DNA of 43,939 bases from an uncultured bacterium (GTDB lineage Bacteria; RBG-13-66-14; B26-G2; WVWN01): assembly GCA_965602215.1 (NCBI GenBank), contig CBFCYS010000002.1, positions 1 to 43,939 on the forward strand, written 5' to 3'. This document shows positions 10,247 to 20,296 of this stretch, one piece after another (the stretch's first letter is position 1; the number at the start of each line of letters is the position of its first letter). A program made the position numbers and the translations under genes. A model generated the notes under the pieces. The model was not told where the DNA came from. It saw only the letters and a list, made by a program, of their open reading frames with translations, and ran no database searches.

Positions 10247-11062
10247 TTAGGTTGCCTTGGTTTCTTTTCCGCGGGGCGCGCGTTGGCGCTTCTTCGACCG
10301 GAGGAGTTGCAGCGTTTTGTGCGCCGCCCTCATTTCGGCGTCTTTCTTGGAGCGGCCCCGGGCCTTGCCGTACACTTTACCTTTTATTTCGACGCCCACT
10401 ACGAACTCGGCGTTGTGCTGCGGGCCCCGCCGGGTGAGGACGAGGTAGGTCGGGTTTTCGCCGAAACGCTCCAACACGACGCGCTGCAGCAGCGATTTGT
10501 AATTCTCGAGGTTGCCGCCCGCCACGATTTTCTGGACGCGTCCCTCGAGTTGATTGGTTATGAATTCCTTCGTCTCGTCGATGGTCGACGAGAGGTAGAG
10601 CGCGCCCACCAGCGCCTCGAACGTATCGGAGAGGATGGAGGGTTTACGCCGGCCGCGGCTCAGAACTTCGCCTTTGCCGAGGTGCATGAGCCGATTCAGG
10701 CCCAACTCGGTCGCGATTTCGGACAGCGTGGTCTGGCTTACGACGTCGCTCTTGATCTTCGTCATGTCCCCTTCGTTCATATCCGGGAAAGTGTTGTATA
10801 GGTATTCGACTACGACGAGACCTATGACGGAGTCGCCCAAGAACTCGAGCCGCTCGTAATCCTCGGTGTCTTGTTCGGACTCGTGGGCGAACGAGGTATG
10901 CGTCAACGCCTGGTCTATGAGCGAGAGGTCGGCGAGGTGGATGTCGTGCTCTTTGCAGAATTGCTTTAACTCCCGGAGGCGGTCTTCCGGGAGCTCGTCG
11001 TCGAAGAGGTAGCCTTCGAAAGGCTCCTGGCGACCGAGTAATTTTTTCACGAAATTCGACAT
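10247..11062 (-). CDS. rnc: Ribonuclease III
   Basis: ALTHTS, YERLEFLGDSV signature, DTFEALVGALY, C-terminal dsRNA-binding domain. Confidence 0.95.
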   Translation of the reverse strand: MSNFVKKLLGRQEPFEGYLFDDELPEDRLRELKQFCKEHDIHLADLSLIDQALTHTSFAHESEQDTEDYERLEFLGDSVIGLVVVEYLYNTFPDMNEGDMTKIKSDVVSQTTLSEIATELGLNRLMHLGKGEVLSRGRRKPSILSDTFEALVGALYLSSTIDETKEFITNQLEGRVQKIVAGGNLENYKSLLQRVVLERFGENPTYLVLTRRGPQHNAEFVVGVEIKGKVYGKARGRSKKDAEMRAAHKTLQLLRSKKRQRAPRGKETKAT

Positions 11063-11081
11063 AATTTATTAGCGGGGCCCG

Positions 11082-12326
11082 TTATACGCGCTTAAACGCT
11101 AAGGTTGCGTTTTGGCCCCCGAACGCGAAGGAGTTGGTAATAACGACTTTCACGTCCGCCTGGCGAGCTTCGTTGGGGACGTAGTCGAGGTCACATTCCG
11201 GGTCGGGATATTCGTAATTTATCGTCGGGTGGATAATGCCGTTTCTGATGGTCAGGACGGCGGCGACGCTCTCCACGCCGCCCGCGGCGCCGAGGAGGTG
11301 GCCGGTCATGGATTTGGTGGACGAGATGGCTACTTTATACGCGCGGTCGCCGAACACCTTCTTAATAGCTATAGTCTCGGCTACGTCGTTCAACGGCGTG
11401 GACGTGCCGTGGGCGTTTATGTAGTCGACGTCTTCGGGGTTCAGGCCGGCGTGTTCTATTGCCATCTTCATGGCGCGGGTGCTGCCTTCGCCTTCCGGGT
11501 CGGGCGCCGTAATGTGGTAGGCGTCGGCCGTTATGCCGTAACCGACTATCTCGGCGTATATGTCGGCGCCGCGTTTCTTGGCCCGGTCGTATTCTTCGAG
11601 TATAAGTATGCCGGAGCCTTCGCCCACGACGAAGCCGTCGCGTTCCCGGTCGAAGGGCCGCGAGGCGTGCTCGGGGTCGTCGTTGCGGGTGGAGAGCGCC
11701 TTCATCATGCAGAACCCCGCGAACCCCAGCGGCGTTATGGCGGCCTCGGTCCCGCCCGCGATCATGACGTCGGCGTCGCCGCGCTCGATTACGCGGTACG
11801 CGTCGCCGATGCTGTGGGCCGCGGTGGCGCACGCCGTGACGACGCAACTGTTGGGCCCTTTGGCGTTGAAATATATCGAGAGCTGGCCGGACGCCATGTT
11901 GGAGATGAGCATCGGAATAAGCAGCGGCGTTACCCGCCGGGGCCCTTTGTCGAGCAGCACCGCGTGCTGTTGCTCGATGACGCCGATGCCGCCGATGCCG
12001 GAGCCGACGATGATGCCGATACGCGTAGCGTCGAGGTCGTCTTGGCCTACTTTAAGGCCGGCGTCCTCCATCGCCATTACCGCGCCGGCGAGCGCGTATT
12101 GGACGAAGGTATCCATCCGCCGGAGGGCTTTGCGGTCTATGTACTTTTCGGGCTTGAAGTTCTTGACCTCGCAAGCCACCTGGCTCGAGAACCCGTCGGC
12201 GTCGAAATGGGTTACGGGTCCCGCGCCGCCCTTGCCGGCGACCAGGTTTTCCCAGTACTCCCCGACGTTATTCCCGTTAGGCGCCACTACGCCTAGGCCG
12301 GTTATTACGACCCGCCGTCCCGTCAT
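11082..12326 (-). CDS. fabF: Beta-ketoacyl-ACP synthase II
   Basis: VVITGLG, TACAT catalytic Cys, [26 protein letters not shown]. Confidence 0.97.
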   Translation of the reverse strand: MTGRRVVITGLGVVAPNGNNVGEYWENLVAGKGGAGPVTHFDADGFSSQVACEVKNFKPEKYIDRKALRRMDTFVQYALAGAVMAMEDAGLKVGQDDLDATRIGIIVGSGIGGIGVIEQQHAVLLDKGPRRVTPLLIPMLISNMASGQLSIYFNAKGPNSCVVTACATAAHSIGDAYRVIERGDADVMIAGGTEAAITPLGFAGFCMMKALSTRNDDPEHASRPFDRERDGFVVGEGSGILILEEYDRAKKRGADIYAEIVGYGITADAYHITAPDPEGEGSTRAMKMAIEHAGLNPEDVDYINAHGTSTPLNDVAETIAIKKVFGDRAYKVAISSTKSMTGHLLGAAGGVESVAAVLTIRNGIIHPTINYEYPDPECDLDYVPNEARQADVKVVITNSFAFGGQNATLAFKRV

Positions 12327-12454
12327 AGTCGTTTCTCCTCGCGCGCTGTGGCTTAAAGACAGCGTTCGGCGCCGCGGCCCGGTCGGCCGAAGGCGCGCGC
12401 GCGACCGGCGCTACCTCTCCGTAGGCCCGGCCACGACCGCGGCACCCGGTCCGG

Positions 12455-12694
12455 TTACTCGCCTTTCTTGTTTACTATATAGTCGACCGCTTGCTGTACG
12501 GTCGTGATCTTCTCTGCCTCTTCGTCCGGTATCTGGATGTCGAATTCTTCTTCCAGCGCCATTACGAGCTCGACCGTGTCCAGCGAATCGGCACCCAGGT
12601 CCTCGATGAACGAAGCCTCCGGCGTAACCTGCTCCGGCGTTACGCCCAACTGCTCGACGATAATCTCTTTGACTTTTCCGGCAACGTCCGCCAT
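12455..12694 (-). CDS. acpP: Acyl carrier protein
   Basis: [12 protein letters not shown] phosphopantetheine site. Confidence 0.97.
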   Translation of the reverse strand: MADVAGKVKEIIVEQLGVTPEQVTPEASFIEDLGADSLDTVELVMALEEEFDIQIPDEEAEKITTVQQAVDYIVNKKGE

Positions 12695-12756
12695 TTTCGG
12701 GTTTCCTCCTGCGATAAATTATGATTAGTGCTGAAAGCCTTATATCCTGACTTCGC

Positions 12757-13533
12757 TTACATCATCATTCCGCCGTCAACGAAGATCAATTGGCCGGTGA
12801 GGTAGGCCGACGCCTCCGACGCCAGGAACGCGATTACTTCCGCCACGTCCTGCGGCGTACCGAACCGCCCCACCGGGATGAGCTTCTTATACTCCTCTTT
12901 GACCTCGTCGGCGAGGGCGGCGGTCATCTCGGTTTCGATGAAACCCGGCGCCACGGCGTTGACGTTGACGCCCCGGCCGGCGAGCTCTTTGGCCACTGTT
13001 TTGGTCAGCGCGATAAGGCCGCCCTTGGCCGCGGCGTAGTTCGCCTGGCCGACGTTGCCCATCACGCCGATGACCGAAGACATATTGATAATCTTGCCCG
13101 AGCGCTGCTTGAACATAATCCGGCCCGCCGCCCGGCAAAAATGGAACGCGCCGTAGAGGTTGACTTTAAGGACGCGGTCGAAGTCGGCGTCGCTCATCCG
13201 GATCGACAGGGCGTCGCGGGCGATGCCGGCGTTGTTGACCAGTACGTCGAGCGAGCCGAATTCGCGGGCGACTCCCGATACGAAGCCGTTCACCGCTTCG
13301 GGGTCGGCGACGTCGACGACGTATCCGCGGGCCGGCACGTCGTACTCCTGCGCCAGCGCCGTCGCGGCCTCGTCCACCTCGTCGGCCAGGACGTCGCACA
13401 GCGCTACCGCGGCGCCGCCGCCCGCCAGCCGCGCGGCGACGGCACGGCCTATCCCGCGCGCCGCGCCCGTCACCACCGCTACTTTATTTTCAAATTCCGG
13501 CGTAAGTCCGCCTCCCTGTTCATTCCCTTTCAA
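12757..13533 (-). CDS. fabG: 3-oxoacyl-ACP reductase
   Basis: TGAARGIG, NNAGI, YAAAK; operon context. Confidence 0.95.
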   Translation of the reverse strand: MKGNEQGGGLTPEFENKVAVVTGAARGIGRAVAARLAGGGAAVALCDVLADEVDEAATALAQEYDVPARGYVVDVADPEAVNGFVSGVAREFGSLDVLVNNAGIARDALSIRMSDADFDRVLKVNLYGAFHFCRAAGRIMFKQRSGKIINMSSVIGVMGNVGQANYAAAKGGLIALTKTVAKELAGRGVNVNAVAPGFIETEMTAALADEVKEEYKKLIPVGRFGTPQDVAEVIAFLASEASAYLTGQLIFVDGGMMM

Positions 13534-14471
13534 AGCGCGAATTCCCGGAACGCCTCGGCCGCGGCGGCCAGACTCGCCTCGTCGCCGACGTTGAAGATGC
13601 GGGCGTCGCGGTTCACTTTTTTAAACATACCGGTCAGGACGCGGCCGTGGCCGAACTCGACCACCGTATCTACGTCCCCCGCCGTCATCCGCTCCAACGT
13701 TTCGCTCCACCGCACCGGCCGCGATATCTGCTTATACAGCAGGTCCCTTATGACCTCCGGTTGGCCGGCCGCCTTGCCGGAGGCGTTGGCGACGAAAACC
13801 CCCGCCGGCGTTTGTATCATAAACTCCCTCAGCGCTTCCTTCATGCGCTCCGCCGCGGCGGCCACGAGCGGCGAGTGGAACGCGCCCGAGACCTTCAGCG
13901 GTACGAACTTGCCGCCCCGCTCCCCGGCGAGCTCGCCCGCGCGCGCGACGCCGGCCTCGCTCCCCGACACGACCACTTGCCCGGGCGTGTTGTAGTTTGC
14001 CGGCACCACGACCCCCGCGGCCGAGGCATCCTCGCATATCCCCTCCACCGCCGCGTCGTCCAGGCGCATTACCGCGGCCATCGTCCCGGCGTTTTGGGCG
14101 CACGCGTCGGCGATGAATTGGCCGCGCCGGCTGACCAGCGCCGCGGCGTCGTCGAACGACAGCGCGCCGGCGGCGTAGAGCGCGGTGTACTCGCCGAGGC
14201 TGTGGCCGGCGTAGAAGTCCGCGGCCAGCGGGCACCGCTCGCCGAAGAGGTCGAAGCAGGCGGCCGAAAGCGCGAAGATAGCCGGCTGCGCGTTCTCGGT
14301 CGCCACCAGCGTTTCCTCCGGCCCCGTAAGCGTTATGGCCTTGAGGTCGCGGCCCAGCACCGCCGAGACCCGGCCGAAGTATTCGCTGACCAGCGGCTCG
14401 CGCTCGAACAGCTCGGCGCCCATGCCGACTTCGGCCGAACCCTGTCCCGGAAATAAGAATGCTATTGCCAT
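13530..14471 (-). CDS. fabD: Malonyl-CoA:ACP transacylase
   Basis: FPGQGS, GHSLGEY, VSGAFHS. Confidence 0.95.
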   Translation of the reverse strand: MAIAFLFPGQGSAEVGMGAELFEREPLVSEYFGRVSAVLGRDLKAITLTGPEETLVATENAQPAIFALSAACFDLFGERCPLAADFYAGHSLGEYTALYAAGALSFDDAAALVSRRGQFIADACAQNAGTMAAVMRLDDAAVEGICEDASAAGVVVPANYNTPGQVVVSGSEAGVARAGELAGERGGKFVPLKVSGAFHSPLVAAAAERMKEALREFMIQTPAGVFVANASGKAAGQPEVIRDLLYKQISRPVRWSETLERMTAGDVDTVVEFGHGRVLTGMFKKVNRDARIFNVGDEASLAAAAEAFREFAL

Positions 14472-14505
14472 ACGTCGGATTTTTACGCCGCCGGCCGGGC
14501 CGGGC

Positions 14506-15501
14506 TTATTCCCATCGCACTAAATTCGCCGCCCACGTGAACCCGGCGCCGAAGGCGACGTTCAACGCCAGGTCGCCCGCTTTGACGCGGCCTTGCTCCA
14601 CCGCTTCCGACAGCGCGATGGGGACGGACGCCGCGGAGGTATTGCCGTACTTGTCCAGGTTTACGAAAACTTTCTCGTGCGGGATGCCGAGCTTGTCGGC
14701 CACGACGCTCATAATTCGCCAGTTGGCCTGGTGCGGCACAAGGATGTCGACGTCTTCGCCGGTATAACCCGCTTCGTCGAGGACGTATCGCCCCGCCTCG
14801 ACCATTGACCGCACGGCGTGTTTGAAAACCTCCCGCCCGGCCATTTTAATGTAATGCAGCCGCGCGTCGAGCGACTCGTGGGTCGGAGGTTGGCGCGAGC
14901 CGCCCCCCGGCATCTCCAGCAAATATCCCAGCGAGCCGTCCGCTCTCATATAGGTCGCGAGGATGCCGCCGTCGCCCTTCGCCGGCCCGAGCACCGCGGC
15001 GCCGGCGCCGTCCCCGAACAGGACGCACGTGTTGCGGTCCGTCATGTCCATGAGCTTGCTCAGCGTCTCGACGCCGATAACAAGGATGTTTTCGTAGCGG
15101 CCGGTCGCGATGAATTGGGCGGCGATATTACAGCCGTAGATGAACGCCGAACATCCCGCCGACAAGTCGAACGCGCCGGCGTTCTTCGCGCCGATTTTAT
15201 CCTGAACGATGCAGGCGGTGCTGGGGAAGAAAAAGTCGGGCGTAACGGTTCCCAGGAGGATGAGGTCCAATTCTTCCGGCGGTACGCCCGCCGCCTCGAG
15301 CGCGTTCTGCGCCGCGGGGACGGCGAGGTCCGAAGCCGCCTGGTCGTCGGTTACGATGTGGCGCTCGTGGACGCCGGTGCGCTCGACGATCCATTCGTCG
15401 CTGGTATCGACTATCTTCTCCAGGTCGAAGTTCGTCAATACCTTCTCGGGGGCGTACCGGCCTACGCCGAGGAAAGCCGCCCGTGGGCCTTTACTCGCCA
15501 T
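14506..15501 (-). CDS. fabH: Beta-ketoacyl-ACP synthase III
   Basis: AGCSAF, FGDGAGA, PHQAN, YGNTSAAS. Confidence 0.95.
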   Translation of the reverse strand: MASKGPRAAFLGVGRYAPEKVLTNFDLEKIVDTSDEWIVERTGVHERHIVTDDQAASDLAVPAAQNALEAAGVPPEELDLILLGTVTPDFFFPSTACIVQDKIGAKNAGAFDLSAGCSAFIYGCNIAAQFIATGRYENILVIGVETLSKLMDMTDRNTCVLFGDGAGAAVLGPAKGDGGILATYMRADGSLGYLLEMPGGGSRQPPTHESLDARLHYIKMAGREVFKHAVRSMVEAGRYVLDEAGYTGEDVDILVPHQANWRIMSVVADKLGIPHEKVFVNLDKYGNTSAASVPIALSEAVEQGRVKAGDLALNVAFGAGFTWAANLVRWE

Positions 15502-16495
15502 CGGCGGGCCCCCCGAGCTTGTCGGTTATCTTCTCGGTCGCGCCGAACTGAACGTATTTCTCAGCTACGAGGATAGCGTTCATAATCGCTTTGGGTGACG
15601 ACTTGCCGTGGCATATAATTACGCCGCCGTTAACGCCTAAAAGAGGCGCGCCGCCGTACTCGGCATAATCCCATCGCTTCTTGACGCGCCGCAGGGCCGC
15701 GCGCGAAAGGCCGGCGCCGATCCGCACCAGGAGGTCGCGCTTGACCTCGCTCCTGAGGCCCGAGAAGACGATGGCCGGTACCGATTCGGCGAATTTAAGC
15801 AGGACGTTACCGGTAAAGCCGTCGCAAGCCACCACGTCCGCTTTGCCGTTAAGTATGTCGCCCCCCTCGACGTAGCCGATATAGTTCACGGGCGCTTGCG
15901 AGAGCAGGCGATGAGCTTCAAAAATTGCTTCCGAGCCTTTGGCCGCCTCTTCGCCGATGGAGAGTAAGCCGACGCGCGGCCTTTCGATCCCGAAAATGCA
16001 TTGGGCGTAGACTTCGCCCATTATGGCGAACTGGTGCAGGTGGACGCCTTTGGAGAAGACGTTGGCGCCGACGTCGAGGACGACGCAGTGGCCTTCCCGC
16101 GTGGGGAACAGCGCCGCGACGGCGGGACGGCGTACGCCGGGCGCGCGCCCCATGGCGATGAGCGACGCCATGGCCGCGGCGCCGGTGTTGCCCGCCGAGA
16201 CGAAGGCTGCGCCCCGCCCCTCCCGCACGCAGAGCGCGCCCACTCGTATGGAGGAGTCCTTTTTTTTGCGGAGGGCTTCCGACGGCTTTTCGTCCATGCC
16301 GATTACCTCGGAAGCCGGCAAGATTTCGATGCGGCCGCCGGGAACGGAGTATTTCCGCAATTCCTTCGCGAGCCGCTTCGGATTGCCCACCAGCAATATT
16401 TCGAGGTCGGGCGATTCTTTAAGCGCCTTGACGCAACCGGCGGCCTCGTTTGCCGGGGCCGCGTCGCTGCCCATCCCGTCAACGACGATTTTCAT
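15491..16495 (-). CDS. plsX: Phosphate acyltransferase PlsX
   Basis: DGMGSD, SAGNTGA, DVGAN, DGFTGNVLLK, CHGKSS. Confidence 0.95.
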   Translation of the reverse strand: MKIVVDGMGSDAAPANEAAGCVKALKESPDLEILLVGNPKRLAKELRKYSVPGGRIEILPASEVIGMDEKPSEALRKKKDSSIRVGALCVREGRGAAFVSAGNTGAAAMASLIAMGRAPGVRRPAVAALFPTREGHCVVLDVGANVFSKGVHLHQFAIMGEVYAQCIFGIERPRVGLLSIGEEAAKGSEAIFEAHRLLSQAPVNYIGYVEGGDILNGKADVVACDGFTGNVLLKFAESVPAIVFSGLRSEVKRDLLVRIGAGLSRAALRRVKKRWDYAEYGGAPLLGVNGGVIICHGKSSPKAIMNAILVAEKYVQFGATEKITDKLGGPADGE

Positions 16496-16521
16496 GGCGT
16501 GATGCGGTACTTGCTTTTACG

Positions 16522-16549
16522 AAAGAAAGCCCGCCTAAGCGGGTCTTTT
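16522..16549 (-). terminator. Terminator-like hairpin between rpmF and plsX
   Basis: aaagcccgc-ctaa-gcgggtcttt with A/T tails on both sides. Confidence 0.6.
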
Positions 16550-16577
16550 AAGTTGCGTGGAGGCCGTGGGGGCGCCG

Positions 16578-16760
16578 TCATTCCTCTTTGGGTTTAATGA
16601 CTTCTTCGCCGTTGTAGTGGCCGCATTCCGGACACACGTGATGCGGCAGCCGCGCCTCGCCGCAATTGGGACATAATACCGGCTTCGGCACTTCTACGCC
16701 GTCGTGGCTGCGGCGGTTCCCCCGCCGCGAACGTGATGTTTTTCTTTTCGGGACGCCCAT
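16578..16760 (-). CDS. rpmF: 50S ribosomal protein L32
   Basis: MGVPKRKTSRSRR, CPNC…HHVCPECG zinc ribbon; upstream of plsX. Confidence 0.97.
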   Translation of the reverse strand: MGVPKRKTSRSRRGNRRSHDGVEVPKPVLCPNCGEARLPHHVCPECGHYNGEEVIKPKEE

Positions 16761-16795
16761 AACGTTATACCTTCATCGGTTAAAGTTTATCGCCG

Positions 16796-16824
16796 ATTAT
16801 ACGCGATAACGTTATCGCTGTCAA
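16796..16824 (-). promoter_or_regulatory. Consensus sigma70 promoter of the rpmF-plsX-fab operon with palindromic spacer
   Basis: Minus strand TTGACA (16824-16819), 17 bp, TATAAT (16801-16796); spacer holds the perfect palindrome GCGATAACGTTATCGC (16803-16818). Confidence 0.85.
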
Positions 16825-16984
16825 GGAAAATCGAGGAAGGTGGTTTCCTAACCCGACTTCCGGCTTGGAGTTACGTCGATTCCGGCGCGGCTGTTTCGAC
16901 CTCGAAGCGAGCCGGTTTGTATAGTAATGGTTCCCCAAACGTTAATTGACCGGGACCCCGCAAAGATGTTATTATTAATGAAAT

Positions 16985-17530
16985 ATGAACGGTTGTGGGC
17001 CGCGTCAATTGGACAAATACTGCCGGCGCGCGCTTGAGGGAGGCGCGTCGTGGGCCCGGCCGGTACCGGCATCGTACGTCGTTACGGCGGCGTGGGTTCG
17101 CTACAAGTGCCGGTTCGGCTGTAGCGGTTACGGTACCCGGCACTTGTGCCCGCCGGATACGCCGACGGCGGCCGAGACCGAGGCCGTCGTGCGCTGTTAC
17201 GATAGGGCTATACTCGTAACGTACGAAGCCGCGGGCTCGAGCAAACGCCGCGCGGTGCGTAAGAAGGTGCACCGGGACCTGCTCGCGCTCGAGCGCGAGA
17301 TTTTCCTGGACGGTTTCCACAAGGCCCTGGCTTTCGTAGCCGGACCCTGCAACCTGTGCCGAACGTGCGACGTTTCCAAACCCTGCAAACTCCCCGGGGA
17401 GCCCCGGCCGGCGATGGAGGCTTGCGGGATAGACGTATTCGCGACCTTCGCCAACGCCGGCGTCAAGCTGGACGTCGTCCGCAGCGAGTCGGATCCCTAT
17501 AAATTATGCGCCATGATATTGGTCGCGTGA
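16985..17530 (+). CDS. DUF2284-type predicted metal-binding protein
   Basis: WVRYKCRFGC..YG..HLCPP, AGPCNLC..C, RPAMEACGIDVFAT. Confidence 0.85.
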   Translation: MNGCGPRQLDKYCRRALEGGASWARPVPASYVVTAAWVRYKCRFGCSGYGTRHLCPPDTPTAAETEAVVRCYDRAILVTYEAAGSSKRRAVRKKVHRDLLALEREIFLDGFHKALAFVAGPCNLCRTCDVSKPCKLPGEPRPAMEACGIDVFATFANAGVKLDVVRSESDPYKLCAMILVA

Positions 17531-17551
17531 TTACGAATTAAACAGGTTAAT

Positions 17552-19402
17552 ATGAAAAGCATATTGCTGAAGATTGTAAAGGTAACCGGCGTTTTCCTGG
17601 CCGCGGGCGCTTTCGGCGCCGGCTGGGAATTGTTCCTGAACAACTACCTTCACCTTACCGAGCCGTTGGCCGGTTGGTATTGGTTCTGGTCCTTCTTTCA
17701 CCGGGCCAAATTTTACACGCTGCTCGGCGCCGTGGCCGCGGCCTTGACGTCGCTCGCCGCGGCGGTCCTGTGGGCCGTGCGGCGGCGGCGCGCGGAAAAG
17801 ACAACCGGCCGGTCGTTGGCGCGGGTCGCGTACGCCGGAGCGTTCGCGGCGCCGCTGGCGGCGACGCCCCTCTGGATCGTTTTGGCCACGGTACGGTTGG
17901 AGCTGCCGGACTGGGTGGCCTTCGTAATCGACCCCGGGTGGCTGGCGGTAACGTTCGCGCTGACGTTCGGCATATATCGATTGGCCGGTAAGTGGAGCCG
18001 CGCCGGGCGGCACGTCGTCCGGGCCCTGGCGGCCGTCGGCTACGCCGCCGCGGCGGCGTACGTCGTCGCCGGCGCGATTTCGGCCGCAACGAGGCCCGCG
18101 CCCGCGCCCGGCCTCCCCGACGTCGTCATAATAACGCTCGACGCCTGGCGGGCCGACAAGTTGGGCCCGCGGGCGGAAGGACCTTCGCTGACGCCCAACA
18201 TCGACCGCTTCGCCAAGAACGCGTACGTCTTCTCTTACTGCCGTTCGCAGGCGAGCTGGACGTCGCCGGCGCTGGGGACCCTCCACACCGGCCAGTTTCC
18301 CATGGTCCACTACAACACCGCGGACCGGCCGCTCGGCACGTCGCAGCCGACGTTGGCCGAAATTCTGCGCGACGCCGGGTACGATACCCGGGCGGTGGTC
18401 GCCAACCGCCTCTGCCACCGGAGTTCGGGGATGGCGCGCGGCTTCGACGACTACCTGTACTGGGACCAGAACGGACTGGTCCGCAAGTCGGGGTATTACG
18501 AGACCTATTTTTATTACCTCGAGAACAGGATCTTCGAGAAGCGGAACACGCGCGTCGGCGTCAAGGACGACCACACGACGGTCATTACGGACCACCTGGT
18601 GCGGATACTGAGCGAGAAGCGGCGGCGGCCTCTCTTCCTGTGGACCCATTACCTCGACCCCCACTGTCCGTACAGCCCGCCGCCGGAGTACGTGGCTCCC
18701 GAGGACCGGCGCCTTATAGACAGGTACGCCCACGGTGATAAGACGAAGGCGGACGTGCTCGAGCGTATGTACGACGGCGAGATCCGCTACGTCGACGACG
18801 AGTTGGGCCGCGTCTTCGCGGTGATGCCGGAGAACGCGCTGGTCATGATCTCCAGCGACCACGGCGAGGAGTTCTGGGAACACGGCAGGTATGACCACGG
18901 CAAGACGCTGTACGAGGAGGTTATACGCATACCGTTGGTGGTGCGGTATCCGGAAGGCGACGCCGGCGTTTCGGACGCGCCGGTGGGTCTGGTCGACTTC
19001 GCGCCGTCCATATTAACTTACCTCGGCATGGACGTGCCGCCGTCCATGCAAGGCCGCGATATCCGCGTCGCCGCCCCGGGGGGCGGGAGGGGCGAGGGGG
19101 ACGTACCCGCGTTCGCCGGCTCGAGCATGCTCAAGGGCCAAAGGCGGTATTGCGTCATCTATAAAGGCCGGAAGCTCATCATAGGCCATTGGGACGATTG
19201 GTCCAAGGCGGAGTACTTCAACCTGGTGGCCGACGCCGGCGAACAGGACCCGATCGGCCTCTTCGACCCGTCGCGCGTAAAGCTCGAGGGGTTGCTCAAA
19301 GGATGGATGGAGGGCAACATCAAGTTCTCGAAGCACTTCGAACGGGCGGGCGTGAGCAACGCCGTTCGCGACCAGATGCGCGCGGTCGGGTACATCGACT
19401 GA
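17552..19402 (+). CDS. Membrane-anchored sulfatase-like (alkaline phosphatase superfamily) hydrolase/transferase
   Basis: N-terminal TM helices; ITLDAWRAD, WTSPA, HYLDPHCPY, SSDHGEEF.EH, HG..LY, C-terminal MRAVGYID. Confidence 0.85.
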   Translation: MKSILLKIVKVTGVFLAAGAFGAGWELFLNNYLHLTEPLAGWYWFWSFFHRAKFYTLLGAVAAALTSLAAAVLWAVRRRRAEKTTGRSLARVAYAGAFAAPLAATPLWIVLATVRLELPDWVAFVIDPGWLAVTFALTFGIYRLAGKWSRAGRHVVRALAAVGYAAAAAYVVAGAISAATRPAPAPGLPDVVIITLDAWRADKLGPRAEGPSLTPNIDRFAKNAYVFSYCRSQASWTSPALGTLHTGQFPMVHYNTADRPLGTSQPTLAEILRDAGYDTRAVVANRLCHRSSGMARGFDDYLYWDQNGLVRKSGYYETYFYYLENRIFEKRNTRVGVKDDHTTVITDHLVRILSEKRRRPLFLWTHYLDPHCPYSPPPEYVAPEDRRLIDRYAHGDKTKADVLERMYDGEIRYVDDELGRVFAVMPENALVMISSDHGEEFWEHGRYDHGKTLYEEVIRIPLVVRYPEGDAGVSDAPVGLVDFAPSILTYLGMDVPPSMQGRDIRVAAPGGGRGEGDVPAFAGSSMLKGQRRYCVIYKGRKLIIGHWDDWSKAEYFNLVADAGEQDPIGLFDPSRVKLEGLLKGWMEGNIKFSKHFERAGVSNAVRDQMRAVGYID

Positions 19403-19403
19403 C

Positions 19404-20189
19404 GTGGGCGCGTGCGAGCCGTACGTAGCGTTCGCCAGGCGGGTGGCCGCGGAGGCCGGGGCCCTGATCGCCGATAACTTCCTGGGTTCGTTCGGCGTCG
19501 ACCGCAAGGGCGCCACCAACCTCGTCACCGACGTCGACCGCCGCGCCGAGGCTTTAATCGTGGACGCCATATGCGGCGAATACCCGGCGCACGCCGTCGT
19601 CGCCGAGGAAGGCTCGAGCCGGGAGGGGCGAAGCGGTTGGCGGTGGTACGTCGACCCGCTGGACGGGACCAACAATTTCGCCCACGGCTATCCTATGGTG
19701 GCGGTCTCGCTGGCGCTGCAGCGCGACGGCGAGACGGTCGCGGGCGTGGTCTACGACGCGCTGCGCCGCGAGACGTTTTGGGCGGAACGCGGCGGCGGCG
19801 CGGAATGCGAGGCGGGACCCCTTAACGTGTCGGGGGCGGAGACGCTTGTCGACGCGCTGGTCGCGACCGGCTTCCCGTACGACAAACACGAATCGGCCGT
19901 GGACAACGTCGCGAACTCCGGCCGCGTTACCAAGCGCGTTATGGGTATCCGGCGGGGCGGCGCGGCGGCGCTGGATTTGGCGTACGTGGCCGCGGGGCGG
20001 CTGGACGGCTTCTGGGAGTTGAAACTATCACCCTGGGATACCGCGGCGGGCGTACTTCTCGTCGCCGAGGCGGGAGGGCGAGTGAGCCGCATCGACGGCT
20101 CGGCGTACGTCCCGGGCGACTTAGACGTGGTGGCGACTAACGGCCGCATTCACGAAACGTTGTGCGGCCTGTTGAAAGTCGAGGAGTGA
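19404..20189 (+). CDS. suhB: Inositol monophosphatase family protein
   Basis: VDPLDGTNNF, AEE, ATGFPY, WDTAAG. Confidence 0.9.
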   Translation: MGACEPYVAFARRVAAEAGALIADNFLGSFGVDRKGATNLVTDVDRRAEALIVDAICGEYPAHAVVAEEGSSREGRSGWRWYVDPLDGTNNFAHGYPMVAVSLALQRDGETVAGVVYDALRRETFWAERGGGAECEAGPLNVSGAETLVDALVATGFPYDKHESAVDNVANSGRVTKRVMGIRRGGAAALDLAYVAAGRLDGFWELKLSPWDTAAGVLLVAEAGGRVSRIDGSAYVPGDLDVVATNGRIHETLCGLLKVEE

Positions 20190-20194
20190 CGGAC

Positions 20195-20296
20195 GTGGTT
20201 AAAAAGAAGGCGAACCCGGCGTACGTACGCGCGGCGATATACGGCGCGTTGTTCGTAATTATAATCGGCTATTTAATCTGGAAGGGTGGTTGTTAG
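20195..20296 (+). CDS. Putative 33-aa single-pass membrane protein (not in ORF track)
   Basis: GTG start 8 nt after GAGGAG; MVKKKANPAYVRAAIYGALFVIIIGYLIWKGGC*; stop abuts the next start codon. Confidence 0.6.
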   Translation: MVKKKANPAYVRAAIYGALFVIIIGYLIWKGGC

